From IMG/VR virus record IMGVR_UViG_3300030419_008158, positions 220,430 through 284,429 of that record: 64,000 bases of DNA; one strand, 5' to 3'. The position numbers and the translations under genes were made by a program. The notes below the pieces were generated by a model that was not told the DNA's origin, did not search any database, and saw nothing but the letters and a program-made list of their open reading frames with translations. Shown in pieces: positions 9,342 to 18,487 of this stretch. Numbering within the stretch: the first letter of the stretch is position 1; every line of letters begins with the position of its first letter.

Positions 9342-9676
9342 GCACTGCCCCACTTTTTTGCAAGTCCTTCTGATATCAGGAATGCTCTTATATCAACATC
9401 GTCCATAACATATACAGTCGCCAACCAACGTCCGTACTTGCCCTTTCCGTGTGTCTCAATTGTTACTTCTTTACCTAGGCAGAGCTCTCTAACTCTGTCA
9501 CGGGCTTTTATCGCCAAAGCTTTTTCTTCGAGGTCTTTCGTTCGAATCTCAGGTGTATCAATTCCTATGAGCCTAAGTTTTATTTTTTTGGCCCACATCT
9601 TAAAGCCCAAGTCAACTTCAGCTGTAAGCGTATCACCATCATAAACCTTTGTTATGATTGCTCTATATACATACAT
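9338..9676 (-). CDS. Thermonuclease (SNase-like)
   Basis: VYDGDT, RLIGIDTPE, GKYGRWLA. Confidence 0.9.
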   Translation of the reverse strand: MYVYRAIITKVYDGDTLTAEVDLGFKMWAKKIKLRLIGIDTPEIRTKDLEEKALAIKARDRVRELCLGKEVTIETHGKGKYGRWLATVYVMDDVDIRAFLISEGLAKKWGSA

Positions 9677-9712
9677 CAGACTTCTCGCATAATGAAATTG
9701 ATTTCATAGTGC

Positions 9713-9720
9713 TAAATATC
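9713..9720 (-). promoter_or_regulatory. Putative late promoter (GATATTTA) heading the 9676->1 cargo operon
   Basis: Recurring ATAHTTA motif; lies just downstream of a terminator. Confidence 0.55.
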
Positions 9721-9731
9721 TTGCAAAAGAC

Positions 9732-9767
9732 AAAAAAAAGGGCAGGTTGAAAGTTTTCAACCTGCCC
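9732..9767 (-). terminator. Rho-independent terminator
   Basis: GGGCAGGTTGAAA/TTTCAACCTGCCC stem followed by a T8 run. Confidence 0.85.
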
Positions 9768-9787
9768 AAAACAAGAAATTTGTCTTG

Positions 9788-10033
9788 CTACTGCTCAGTT
9801 GCTTCTTCTGCTGTTTCAACAGCATCGCCAGCTTGAGCACCCCCGTCAGAAGAAGGGGAGGCATCGTCTTCTACAGTCTGTGTTGTATCTTCTGTAGATT
9901 GTGTATCCACAACATCTTCTACAACTTCAACAGCTGTGCTTGAAGACGCATCAGCATCAACCTTATCATCACAACCTGTGTTTACAAACAGAAATAAAAG
10001 CGCTACCAAGGAAACGGTAAGAATGTTCTTCAT
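9788..10033 (-). CDS. Small acidic lipoprotein
   Basis: Lipobox-like NTGC, low-complexity D/E/T tail, GGAG RBS. Confidence 0.7.
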   Translation of the reverse strand: MKNILTVSLVALLFLFVNTGCDDKVDADASSSTAVEVVEDVVDTQSTEDTTQTVEDDASPSSDGGAQAGDAVETAEEATEQ

Positions 10034-10096
10034 GATTTCTCCTTTTTTTACCGAGGCTATAGTTTAGGAAAATCATGAAGAATGTTCACTACTTTT

Positions 10097-11185
10097 TTAT
10101 TTTTTTAATCCACCTAAAACTGTAACTGCAATTAGGCCTGGCAGATTCTTTTGAACGTAGACACCTGAAAACAGTGTGTCTGCACGGCCACCCACGTAAG
10201 AGAAGGCTGACTCAAGTCTATTGCTTACACCGGGATCTTCTGCCATTTCGCTGGTTACGACGAGTAAAAGAACACCTGACTTGGCATTTCCTGACGGTCC
10301 TGGACACGGAGAAGATCGCAAACACCCTTGATATACTGTTGAACCCAAGTCTGCTCTAGTAACGTCTCTCACAACAGTACTTCCAAGCAAGATTCTCCCG
10401 TCTTGGTGAAGACATTTTTCCAAATCTTTTGAGTCAAAACTCTGGATTGGGGAGCTGTCATTTGCCATTTTTAGTACAACACCTAAAAGCTTGGCAAAAT
10501 TCTTGTTGGCAGCCGGATACATGTTGAGCATCCCAACTTTTCCTCGAAGAAGTTGCAACTGCTTCTCATTGTCAATTACAACATGTGGGTGATCAGAAAC
10601 ATCAGACAAAAGAAGCTTGTAGTTGTTACTAATTGTTGGGTTGAGCATTTCTTGAGCTGTCGGTTTGCTTATTACATAAATGACCTTTCCGACTGCTTCT
10701 ATGGAGCTTAGATAACGAGTTGCAGAATTATGAAGAACGTGACACGCTGAGCCGGTTCCACCACCGCCGCCTGCCAAGACGAAAATCCAGTCAACCTTTC
10801 CAATTCTCGTTCTAAGCGCGTCTTCGTAAAGGGCGCTATTTTCACCAAGCACCTTCTTGCCGACAACAACGTCTTTTCCGACACCATCGGCGCCTGGTAT
10901 TAAAAGAAAATGTGCAGGATCAACGCCGTCCGGCTGGTCTTTTACCGTGGTGTTGACAAGAAGTGTTTTGCTGAACCCTACATCTAAAAATGCTTTTGCC
11001 AGTTTTCCTCCACCCCCACCAACTCCAATAAATGCGCAGTTAATTGCACTGGGCGCTGTATTGTCAGGTAAAAGTCTTTCATCACCTTGGGCAGGTGCAT
11101 CATCATATGCTTCAACAAAACCAAAGTCAAAGTCTGTATTGTTGATGTAGTTTTCGTTAATTTCGTTCTCGTTTTCTGTACTCAT
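10097..11185 (-). CDS. Tubulin/FtsZ-superfamily GTPase (PhuZ/TubZ-like)
   Basis: IGVGGGGGK, VNT, GADGVGKD, GGGGGTGS, IDNE, T7-like FDSKD. Confidence 0.85.
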   Translation of the reverse strand: MSTENENEINENYINNTDFDFGFVEAYDDAPAQGDERLLPDNTAPSAINCAFIGVGGGGGKLAKAFLDVGFSKTLLVNTTVKDQPDGVDPAHFLLIPGADGVGKDVVVGKKVLGENSALYEDALRTRIGKVDWIFVLAGGGGGTGSACHVLHNSATRYLSSIEAVGKVIYVISKPTAQEMLNPTISNNYKLLLSDVSDHPHVVIDNEKQLQLLRGKVGMLNMYPAANKNFAKLLGVVLKMANDSSPIQSFDSKDLEKCLHQDGRILLGSTVVRDVTRADLGSTVYQGCLRSSPCPGPSGNAKSGVLLLVVTSEMAEDPGVSNRLESAFSYVGGRADTLFSGVYVQKNLPGLIAVTVLGGLKK

Positions 11186-11216
11186 GTCAACCTCTCTTTG
11201 TAGGACAAGTTAATTG

Positions 11217-11224
11217 TAAATATC
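11217..11224 (-). promoter_or_regulatory. Putative late promoter (GATATTTA) upstream of tubulin gene
   Basis: Same motif as at 9713, 45338, 56512 and 57910. Confidence 0.5.
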
Positions 11225-11249
11225 TAAGAGTTGAAGTTTTGCTTCGATA

Positions 11250-11453
11250 TCACTCTGTGCTTCTAACTCTGCTTGGGAAAAGTGTCACATTAATGGACAC
11301 ATCCAGCATATGTTTGTCTGCCTTCACACGAACTATTTTATGAGTGTGTGTCCCAATTGTACTGGTCATAATTTCAAGAACAGTGCCTGTATGCTCTCTT
11401 CCCATATAGTCAAAATTCACTCTATCACCGACTTTTACTGTTTTTTCAATCAT
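11250..11453 (-). CDS. Small hypothetical protein (SH3-like)
   Basis: Start refined to MIEK because the longer ORF overlaps the tmRNA; VKVGDRV...GTVLEI. Confidence 0.55.
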   Translation of the reverse strand: MIEKTVKVGDRVNFDYMGREHTGTVLEIMTSTIGTHTHKIVRVKADKHMLDVSINVTLFPSRVRSTE

Positions 11454-11465
11454 GCTCAAAAAATA

Positions 11466-11829
11466 TGGTGGAGGTGCCGGGAGTCGAACCCGGGTCCAGC
11501 ATGTCTCCTTCAGCAGGTCATTCACAAGTTTGTCTGATTTATTTCCAAACCAGCAAGGTATCTCGAAAACACCGCGTCCCTATCGAGAATCAGGATCTCA
11601 CCTGCTTGCGCCGGGAACCATTGTGGATCTTTTTTTACTCCGTGAGATCAACCACTTATCCGATCTTTGTTAACAAGGTTACCGGAAACCCCGCGACTAA
11701 GCAGCTAGTGCGTAATCGTACTCAACATTATCGTTGGCAATTAAAGTTCGTAACACTGTCACGCCATGTGTTACAGTTGGCTACTTGCACCTGAAAAATT
11801 CAACACCCTGTCGAAACCATTTCACCCCC
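11466..11829 (-). ncRNA. ssrA: tmRNA; tag (A)ANDNVEYDYALAA* at 11738->11697
   Basis: 5' GGGGGTGAAATGGTTTCGAC, 3' GGTTCGACTCCCGGCACCTCCACCA with G3.U70; internal tag ORF ending ALAA-TAG. Confidence 0.95.
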
Positions 11830-11842
11830 ATAACTTTTTTCT

Positions 11843-12310
11843 CTACTCAATTGTTAGTGTCCCTACACCCGTATAGACAACGACTCCTAGACCGGCGACT
11901 GTATGGGGCTCAGCTTCAACTGCCTTTTTTAGGAGCCCAAGCGTTGTAGGAAATCCAAACTTTACGCGATAAAATCCACGCTTGTAATCATACTGTTCAA
12001 GTGTTCCATCCACAAAATCAAAGTCCCACATATTGTCGCGAACTACTCCGGCGACATAATTCTCAAAATCATAATCTCCTCGATTATAATCATCAAGTAA
12101 GCCAGATTCTCGCAAAACCTGAATTATCAAATTATCCTTGAACACAGGGGACGTGACGAGCTGTGCAAAGCTTTGAAATATTCCTGTGTCTTCAAATACA
12201 CTCTCGTGATAGTTATCGTGACAGTGTATTACGTCACACCCACCATCAAATTTTAGTTCGACGGGTGTCACATCATCAAACTCAAGTGTTAAAACTCTAT
12301 AATCAGCCAT
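11843..12310 (-). CDS. Hypothetical protein
   Basis: ORF with GGAG RBS. Confidence 0.7.
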   Translation of the reverse strand: MADYRVLTLEFDDVTPVELKFDGGCDVIHCHDNYHESVFEDTGIFQSFAQLVTSPVFKDNLIIQVLRESGLLDDYNRGDYDFENYVAGVVRDNMWDFDFVDGTLEQYDYKRGFYRVKFGFPTTLGLLKKAVEAEPHTVAGLGVVVYTGVGTLTIE

Positions 12311-12332
12311 CTTATTCTCCTAGTGTAATTAT

Positions 12333-12420
12333 TGGCGGAAGGAGAGGGATTCGAACCCCCGGTAGCTCTCACTACGGCGGTTTTCAAGACCGCTGCCTTC
12401 AACCACTCGGCCATCCTTCC
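12333..12420 (-). tRNA. tRNA-Ser(UGA)
   Basis: Cloverleaf with long variable arm, loop CT-TGA-AA, encoded CCA. Confidence 0.95.
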
Positions 12421-12421
12421 T

Positions 12422-12793
12422 CTATTCTTCTTTTCCACCCTTTATAAGGGTGAATTTAGATCTCTTTTCATTGACTTTTCTTTCATTGTATTTTGATTTT
12501 TGTGTCTCTAGAGATAGACAAAATTCTTTCATCCAGTCCTCTCTTTCAAATGCGTAATGAACAAATTCCATCGCAATCATTGATGATATTGTATCATCCA
12601 TGTGTTCATTTTTCAATGGGGGAATCATAGAAGATAAAGTGCCATCTTTTTCAAAGAAAAGTATAGCTACAGGCAAATTTTCATGATCGCTGGGATCAAT
12701 TTCTAAAATTGCACTATGAAGAGCCTTATATAACGGACGGTCTGCTTCTCCATTACTTCCTGTGATGTTAGATTTCATTTTTCTTTTCTTCAA
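12422..12793 (-). CDS. Hypothetical protein
   Basis: ORF overlapping the pckA end. Confidence 0.6.
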   Translation of the reverse strand: MKKRKMKSNITGSNGEADRPLYKALHSAILEIDPSDHENLPVAILFFEKDGTLSSMIPPLKNEHMDDTISSMIAMEFVHYAFEREDWMKEFCLSLETQKSKYNERKVNEKRSKFTLIKGGKEE

Positions 12794-14222
12794 AAAGTGT
12801 CATTAAGCGGGTACATGCATCTTCATACTGATCAAAAGTCTTCCATCGACGCTCAGGACACAAATACTGATCTACCTCGGAGTCAAAGCTGTTCGGTATG
12901 GAAAGCCCTGTCAACAAGTGTGTTATAAACCATTTTTTTGTAAGGCGTCCGGACACTATCTCTCTGATTATCTTTCGAGAGACGCTTATTGGCATTCTTG
13001 TACCCACTCCGTACCCACCTCCTGACCACCCTGTATTGACAAGCCAACAGTCTACGTTGTGATCAAGTATTTTCTTCTCTAAAAGGTTTGCATATGCATC
13101 TACATGCATAGGCATAAAAGGTGCACCAAAGCAGTGCGAAAATGTTGCCTGGGGTTCAACAATTCCGGATTCAGTTCCTGCAACTTTAGCTGTGTATCCC
13201 ATCTTAAAGTGCTGAACTGCTTGTTCTCTTGTTAACCTAGAAACCGGAGGAAGCACACCAAATGCATCACACGTTAGGAATATCACATTTTCAGGATGAG
13301 CACAGACACCTGTTTTAGATGCACCAGTAATTAGAGAAATATCGTATGAAGACCTTGTGTTTTCTGTAATTTGAGAATCTGAAAAATCTGGAACGCCATC
13401 TTTGACAATAACATTTTCTAAAATCGATCCTTCTTGCTGGCACGCATTCCAAATTTGTGGCTCAGCTTCTTTAGAAAGATTAATCACCTTAGCATAACAA
13501 CCGCCCTCAAAATTAAAAAGACCATCAGGAGACCAGCCATGCTCGTCGTCGCCGATTAGAAGTCTCTCCTCATCAGACGAAAGTGTCGTTTTTCCTGTGC
13601 CAGACAAGCCAAAAAATACTGCGGGTCGACTTCCATCTTTTGCTGTGTTGACAGAGCAGTGCATTGGAAGAACATTTTTTTGCGGCAACAAATAGTTCAA
13701 GACAGTAAACACAGACTTCTTAATTTCACCTGCGTAGTATGTTCCTGTGATGAGTATTTCTTGGCTATCCAAGTTGATAAGAACCCTAGGATCTTCCTGT
13801 GCACCGGGAGCACAGTAAAGAGTCCAGTCACAAGATTCATCTTTGTTTTCTTTGCATACAAACATGTTATTCGCAAAAAGTGCCTGCCATGAAAGCTCTG
13901 TGGTCACCTCTAGTGAAAGAGCATAGTTCGAATCCCACCCAGCTTGCAAAAATTGTGTGGTGACATTTTTATCGCTCAAATAACGAAGAATTCTTTCCTT
14001 AGTGTCAAGAAAATAAGCCTGTGTCACTCTTTGATTGTTTTCCCAATCAATTAGGGACGCCTTCTCATCGAGTGGATCGCATACAAAGAACTTAGCAGTT
14101 GGGCATCTGCCTGTATACTTTCCCGTAGTTACTACAAGCGCTCCAGTTTTTAATTGAGATGCGCCTTCGTGGGAAAGTGCCCTCTCAAGAAAAGATTTTT
14201 TAGCTCGGATCGAACTTTTCAT
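12768..14222 (-). CDS. pckA: Phosphoenolpyruvate carboxykinase (ATP)
   Basis: TGKYTGR, YAGEIKK, PMHCS, GLSGTGKTT, IGDDEH, EGGCYAK, TENTR. Confidence 0.95.
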   Translation of the reverse strand: MKSSIRAKKSFLERALSHEGASQLKTGALVVTTGKYTGRCPTAKFFVCDPLDEKASLIDWENNQRVTQAYFLDTKERILRYLSDKNVTTQFLQAGWDSNYALSLEVTTELSWQALFANNMFVCKENKDESCDWTLYCAPGAQEDPRVLINLDSQEILITGTYYAGEIKKSVFTVLNYLLPQKNVLPMHCSVNTAKDGSRPAVFFGLSGTGKTTLSSDEERLLIGDDEHGWSPDGLFNFEGGCYAKVINLSKEAEPQIWNACQQEGSILENVIVKDGVPDFSDSQITENTRSSYDISLITGASKTGVCAHPENVIFLTCDAFGVLPPVSRLTREQAVQHFKMGYTAKVAGTESGIVEPQATFSHCFGAPFMPMHVDAYANLLEKKILDHNVDCWLVNTGWSGGGYGVGTRMPISVSRKIIREIVSGRLTKKWFITHLLTGLSIPNSFDSEVDQYLCPERRWKTFDQYEDACTRLMTLFEEKKNEI

Positions 14223-14308
14223 AAAGAATCATGTCTCCTCTTACATTTCCTACATTGTAATACTCAAAAATTTTTCGTAATAAAGGAAATCTTAAGAGGC
14301 ACACACTT

Positions 14309-15148
14309 TTAGATGCGCAAAGAATCCAGTGTACCGCCTGCCATCCAATTTTTATCGCAGCGACCTTTAATGCCAGGGACTTCGCCGTGACTCGTCCACT
14401 GCCAGACATCCCAGGAGTTCCATATTTTTGTAGGCTTTCTTTTTGGGTCAACACCCTCGTTGTAACTAGCCCACCATACAGGATACTCAGCCAGCTCTTT
14501 TAGAGATGACTTTGATGCTTTCGCCAAATAAAGATTGACCGCCCATCTTGCTGTATAGATCATGGGCTTTGATCCAATTTCAGACTCAACATATTCAAGC
14601 CACGCTAAACTCCAGTCAACGTTATGCTGATCGTCTGTTTTCATTCCTGCTTCGACATCTAAGACAGGAATTAGATCTCCTGGCTGCAAAAGAGGTTCAA
14701 GCTTAGATAAAAAATGTTGTGCTTCTGCAATTGCATCTTTTCGAATACCGCTATCAATGCCCGTGTCAGGCCGTCCAAAATGATAGCCACCGACTGCGAT
14801 ATCATTGCTATGACACCCATCAATATTTCTTTTATGTGGCTTGTTTGTGTGGGTTCTTCCTTCAGTCACTTTAACCCATGCATACTCAACGCCTGCAGCC
14901 TTTACTCCTGCCCAGTCAATTTTTCCATTCCACGCTGATACATCAATTCCCATCAGAACAGGAATTCCCATTTTTCCTAATGTTTTTGGGCCTGCTATAC
15001 CATCGACGGCCAAAGAATTGTATGTTTGATACAGCTTTACAGCTGCTTCTGTTTTAGGGCCAAAATCACCATCAGGTGTGATTGATAATGAACGCTGAAG
15101 ACGTTGGATCTCTTGACCTTTGTCTCCCTTACGCATTACATAAGACAT
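14309..15148 (-). CDS. Endolysin: peptidoglycan-binding domain + GH25 muramidase
   Basis: DGDFGPKT...DGIAGPKT; GIDVS, KVTEG, GGYHF, LDVE; start refined to ATG 15148 with GGAGG RBS. Confidence 0.9.
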   Translation of the reverse strand: MSYVMRKGDKGQEIQRLQRSLSITPDGDFGPKTEAAVKLYQTYNSLAVDGIAGPKTLGKMGIPVLMGIDVSAWNGKIDWAGVKAAGVEYAWVKVTEGRTHTNKPHKRNIDGCHSNDIAVGGYHFGRPDTGIDSGIRKDAIAEAQHFLSKLEPLLQPGDLIPVLDVEAGMKTDDQHNVDWSLAWLEYVESEIGSKPMIYTARWAVNLYLAKASKSSLKELAEYPVWWASYNEGVDPKRKPTKIWNSWDVWQWTSHGEVPGIKGRCDKNWMAGGTLDSLRI

Positions 15149-15270
15149 TATTACCTCCGTGTCTAATCTGCACGGAACAGAGCATCCAAAGCATCCCGGG
15201 CAAAATCCCCGCTTTTCTCTCTGTTCACTTACAACAGAAATATCATGCACAAAAATAAGTATCTTATGCC

Positions 15271-16002
15271 CTAGGTCAGCTTCTTTATCCTGTCTAGAGA
15301 TTTTCTATGATAATTCTTGTCAAATTCACACCCTACAAATTTCCTTCCATTTCTAAGAGCAGCAACTGCTGTGCTACCTGATCCTGAAAAGAAATCTAGA
15401 ACTGTGTCACCGGGTGAAGTATTGGCTAAAACAATTCTCTCGAGAAGCTCAATAGGCTTTTGTGTGGAGTGCCAACCAGCATACTCCTTTGATGTGGTGT
15501 GATTATTTTTATACCAAACATCAGTAGGAATTTTTCCTAAAGGATTGTTTTGTGCGCCCTTTCGAACATTTGATTTCATCTTGTAGGGTATGCGCACTTC
15601 GTCTGCATTGAAGGGAAATTCCTTACCCTTAGAGTACATCAATAAATCTTCATGCTTTCTTGGAAATGTCTTTTTTGTTCGACCACCCCAGTCATAAGAC
15701 CATATAATCCAATTCTGGTAAAAGAGATCATCTTGATTGTTAAGGACGTCTAGTTTGAGACGTAAAAATGTATCAGATTTAGTTGTGCCCCACACGTAAA
15801 GACATCGCCCTGGTGCGAGAACACGAGCCGCTTCTTTGACCCATTTCTCGCACCAAGACAAATAATGCTTTTCAGACATCCACTGGTTGTCCCAGTAGTC
15901 TTTTATCGTACGATAATACGGTGGATCTGCGATAATAAGATCGACAGAATCATCTGGTAACGATGATAAAAAATTAAGACAGTCAGTGCAGTCTAATCGC
16001 AT
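15271..16002 (-). CDS. DNA methyltransferase (N6A/N4C, beta class)
   Basis: DPPY precedes HSTQKP and FSGSGST. Confidence 0.9.
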   Translation of the reverse strand: MRLDCTDCLNFLSSLPDDSVDLIIADPPYYRTIKDYWDNQWMSEKHYLSWCEKWVKEAARVLAPGRCLYVWGTTKSDTFLRLKLDVLNNQDDLFYQNWIIWSYDWGGRTKKTFPRKHEDLLMYSKGKEFPFNADEVRIPYKMKSNVRKGAQNNPLGKIPTDVWYKNNHTTSKEYAGWHSTQKPIELLERIVLANTSPGDTVLDFFSGSGSTAVAALRNGRKFVGCEFDKNYHRKSLDRIKKLT

Positions 16003-16005
16003 ATG

Positions 16006-16212
16006 CTACGCCCTTTTTTGAACAAAATCGTAGAGCTTTTCCGCAACAATCAAAACGTCTTCAGTTGCGTATGGATTGACAGGCATTCGCTGTCCTTCTG
16101 GCTTTAGACATTCATTGTCAAATTGGCGCGCGTTTCGAGATTCAAGAATCCCAATTGCCATTCCTAGCAAGTCACTTCTAAGCTCATATCCGCTCTTATT
16201 TGAATCACCCAT
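16006..16212 (-). CDS. Small hypothetical phage protein
   Basis: MGDSNKSGYELR...AEKLYDFV; AGGAGG RBS. Confidence 0.7.
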   Translation of the reverse strand: MGDSNKSGYELRSDLLGMAIGILESRNARQFDNECLKPEGQRMPVNPYATEDVLIVAEKLYDFVQKRA

Positions 16213-16330
16213 TTTTTCCTCCTTGTGTGTGTGTGTTGTAATGGGTTTCACAAAGCACTTTGCTTTGTAATTTTACTATAGTAAATCATGCATCGATGTT
16301 CACTAAGATATTTATGAACAAGGCTTGCTA

Positions 16331-16903
16331 ATGAAGACACTTGTAATATTTGATTTCGATGACACGCTATTTCGAAGCGGAGCGATGATAGGGGTTCATC
16401 GCCCAGGTAAACCAAAGCGTTATTTGAGCTCTCATGAATACGCGACATATGTGCCTAAAGAGGATGAAGAATTTGACTATGAGCAGTTTCATGTATATCC
16501 ACCAGATCCAGTACCTATTGAAAAATCCACTGAAAAGCTTCAAAGATCTGTGGGTAGTCAGGGCATTAGAAACGTAGTGATACTCACAGCTCGAACACAC
16601 CCAGAACCTGTCGAAGAAGTATTACAAAACTTTGGAATGCCGCCTGTCGAAGTCCTCGCCATAGGATCAGCTGACCCTGAAAGAAAAGCAGATGAAGTTG
16701 AAAGGCTGATCAGTGAAAGAGGATATGAAAGAGTCATTGTGTATGAAGATAGTAGTCCCAATATTGCAGCAATAAAAGCTCGTGTAAAGCCCATCCTAGG
16801 TGGAAATTTTACTGGTTTTAAAGTAAAAGCAACACCTCGAGGAGATGTCCTGCAAAAAGAATCAAAGGGTTACCGTTTCAGGCACATCCGAAACTTCACC
16901 TAG
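16331..16903 (+). CDS. HAD-superfamily phosphatase (RNA-repair/polynucleotide 3'-phosphatase-like)
   Basis: FDFDDT, LTAR, K, YED motifs; preceded by GATATTTA at 16307. Confidence 0.75.
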   Translation: MKTLVIFDFDDTLFRSGAMIGVHRPGKPKRYLSSHEYATYVPKEDEEFDYEQFHVYPPDPVPIEKSTEKLQRSVGSQGIRNVVILTARTHPEPVEEVLQNFGMPPVEVLAIGSADPERKADEVERLISERGYERVIVYEDSSPNIAAIKARVKPILGGNFTGFKVKATPRGDVLQKESKGYRFRHIRNFT

Positions 16904-17073
16904 GTCTCATTGACCTTTACCTAATACACTCATGTGCTAGCGGGCTGACAAAATCCAAGTTGTCTTCGCCATTACCGTCGTGCTCGGACACGTCTTTAGT
17001 GCGTTGCGGCACACTAAAGATTCACATAATACTCCGCAAAGCAAACACTGAAAATGATAGACTTTCAGTGAAT

Positions 17074-17490
17074 TTAATTATCATCCTTGACTCCTGAGCC
17101 GTACCATCTTGCATTCCACCCTCGTGTGTCATAGTGTGTAAAAGTTCTATAAAGCCCTATGCCACCCTTGGCCATTTTGCCCTCCTTTATTAGGCTGACA
17201 ATGACTTCCTTGACTTCTTTAGGTGTCATTCCCTTTATCTTAATGTCGGCAGCTTTTGCACGCATGTGCTGACTTTTTCTTGCGCCGCCTATTCTTCTGT
17301 TGTATTTTGGAGAGCGATACCCAGAAATAATTCGAATTGGCTTGCCAATATAATCTCTAAGAACCTGTAGATTTTTTGCCAAAAAACATACATTGTCCAT
17401 TAGCTCTTCTGGTACATTAGTCCCGTCTTTACACTTAAACTCAGATAATAAAAAATTTTTTTCTAATTTCATGTGATTAATCATATACAA
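17074..17490 (-). CDS. Peptidase M15A (Zn D-Ala-D-Ala peptidase-like)
   Basis: SGYRSP, SQH..AKAADI, FTHYD. Confidence 0.9.
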   Translation of the reverse strand: MYMINHMKLEKNFLLSEFKCKDGTNVPEELMDNVCFLAKNLQVLRDYIGKPIRIISGYRSPKYNRRIGGARKSQHMRAKAADIKIKGMTPKEVKEVIVSLIKEGKMAKGGIGLYRTFTHYDTRGWNARWYGSGVKDDN

Positions 17491-17509
17491 AAAACAAGAA
17501 CTTTACAAT

Positions 17510-18280
17510 TTAGACGCCAGAAACTCTTTTACGTAGCACAGCAATGTGTGTGCCGTTCCACCACTGGAGTGAAGGAGTTTCGAACGGAGTGGGCCGCTTT
17601 CCTGGAATAATTGCTCGTGATGAAACAATGTCAAACCCAAGATCTTCCCATGCACTTCGTGTCCCTCTTCGAACAGGCTCTTGCTCCCAATCATCAATAA
17701 CAGCAATAAATGTATCTGCAAACGCAGGATAAAAATGTACGAAAGCATTTCTTTGAGATTCTTCTGAGTGTTCTCCGTCATAAAAAAATACATCTATTTT
17801 TGGAAGCTTTCTGACATCAAACTGAAAACAGTCTTCTTCGTAAAATTGAATATCTGCATTTGGTAAAAATCTTTCTATGTTCTGCAAAAAACTGGCCCTA
17901 GGGTTGGTCGACTCCGAAAACTCGCTAAAATTATCAATTGCGTGAACAGAAGAAAGTGTGCCTTCGTTTCCTAAGACAGCTGACACCAAAGTAGACCCCA
18001 TATAAGTACCCACTTCCAAGTAATTTGCACTTGGAAGACTGCAAATATTATTCATCATATGACGAAATTGGTAGCCTGAAAATCCTATCAGCTTATTGGG
18101 TGTGTCGATATGTGCCTCCACTACTGAATCGTATGCAAGACTCTTGGGCAACTTAGAGTCATTGGCACACGCTTGCTGAATACTCTTATCAACATGAGCT
18201 GTTAAAGTAACGTCTCTATTGTTATAATCTGCCATCGAGGCGAATTCATTTTCAAAAAGATTTGGGCTGTCTAGTATCAT
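17510..18280 (-). CDS. Class I SAM-dependent methyltransferase (Methyltransf_24-like)
   Basis: LEVGTYMGST, IDNF, FYDGEH, IDDW. Confidence 0.8.
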   Translation of the reverse strand: MILDSPNLFENEFASMADYNNRDVTLTAHVDKSIQQACANDSKLPKSLAYDSVVEAHIDTPNKLIGFSGYQFRHMMNNICSLPSANYLEVGTYMGSTLVSAVLGNEGTLSSVHAIDNFSEFSESTNPRASFLQNIERFLPNADIQFYEEDCFQFDVRKLPKIDVFFYDGEHSEESQRNAFVHFYPAFADTFIAVIDDWEQEPVRRGTRSAWEDLGFDIVSSRAIIPGKRPTPFETPSLQWWNGTHIAVLRKRVSGV

Positions 18281-18312
18281 TTTGTCTATTTTCCTGTCAT
18301 TAAAACTTAGTT

Positions 18313-18388
18313 TGGAGCCACTGAGAGGACTCGAACCTCCGACCTGCTGATTACAAATCAGCTGCTCTACCAGCTGAGCTACAGTGGC
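18313..18388 (-). tRNA. tRNA-Thr(UGU)
   Basis: Cloverleaf, loop TT-TGT-AA, CCA. Confidence 0.95.
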
Positions 18389-18487
18389 ACTTTCACATTA
18401 CATCGTCTCCCAAAAAATGTGTCATAGTAAAATATGAGGTCACTACACACACGGCAAAAAATGCTGCTGTAAACTTTAAAGTTGTCT

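Noticed and set aside
11310-11949. Plus-strand ORFs over the tmRNA, and ORFs at 27564-28085 over the tRNA cluster
   Set aside because: They are shadow ORFs of structured RNA genes.
16918-17027. GGAG-ATG-TGA followed by a strong hairpin (TCTTTAGTG/CACTAAAGA) and an open frame, a possible second Sec minigene
   Set aside because: The loop is only about 12 nt from the UGA and does not start with G, and Sec at codon 2 is implausible. Hairpins between convergent genes are more simply terminators.
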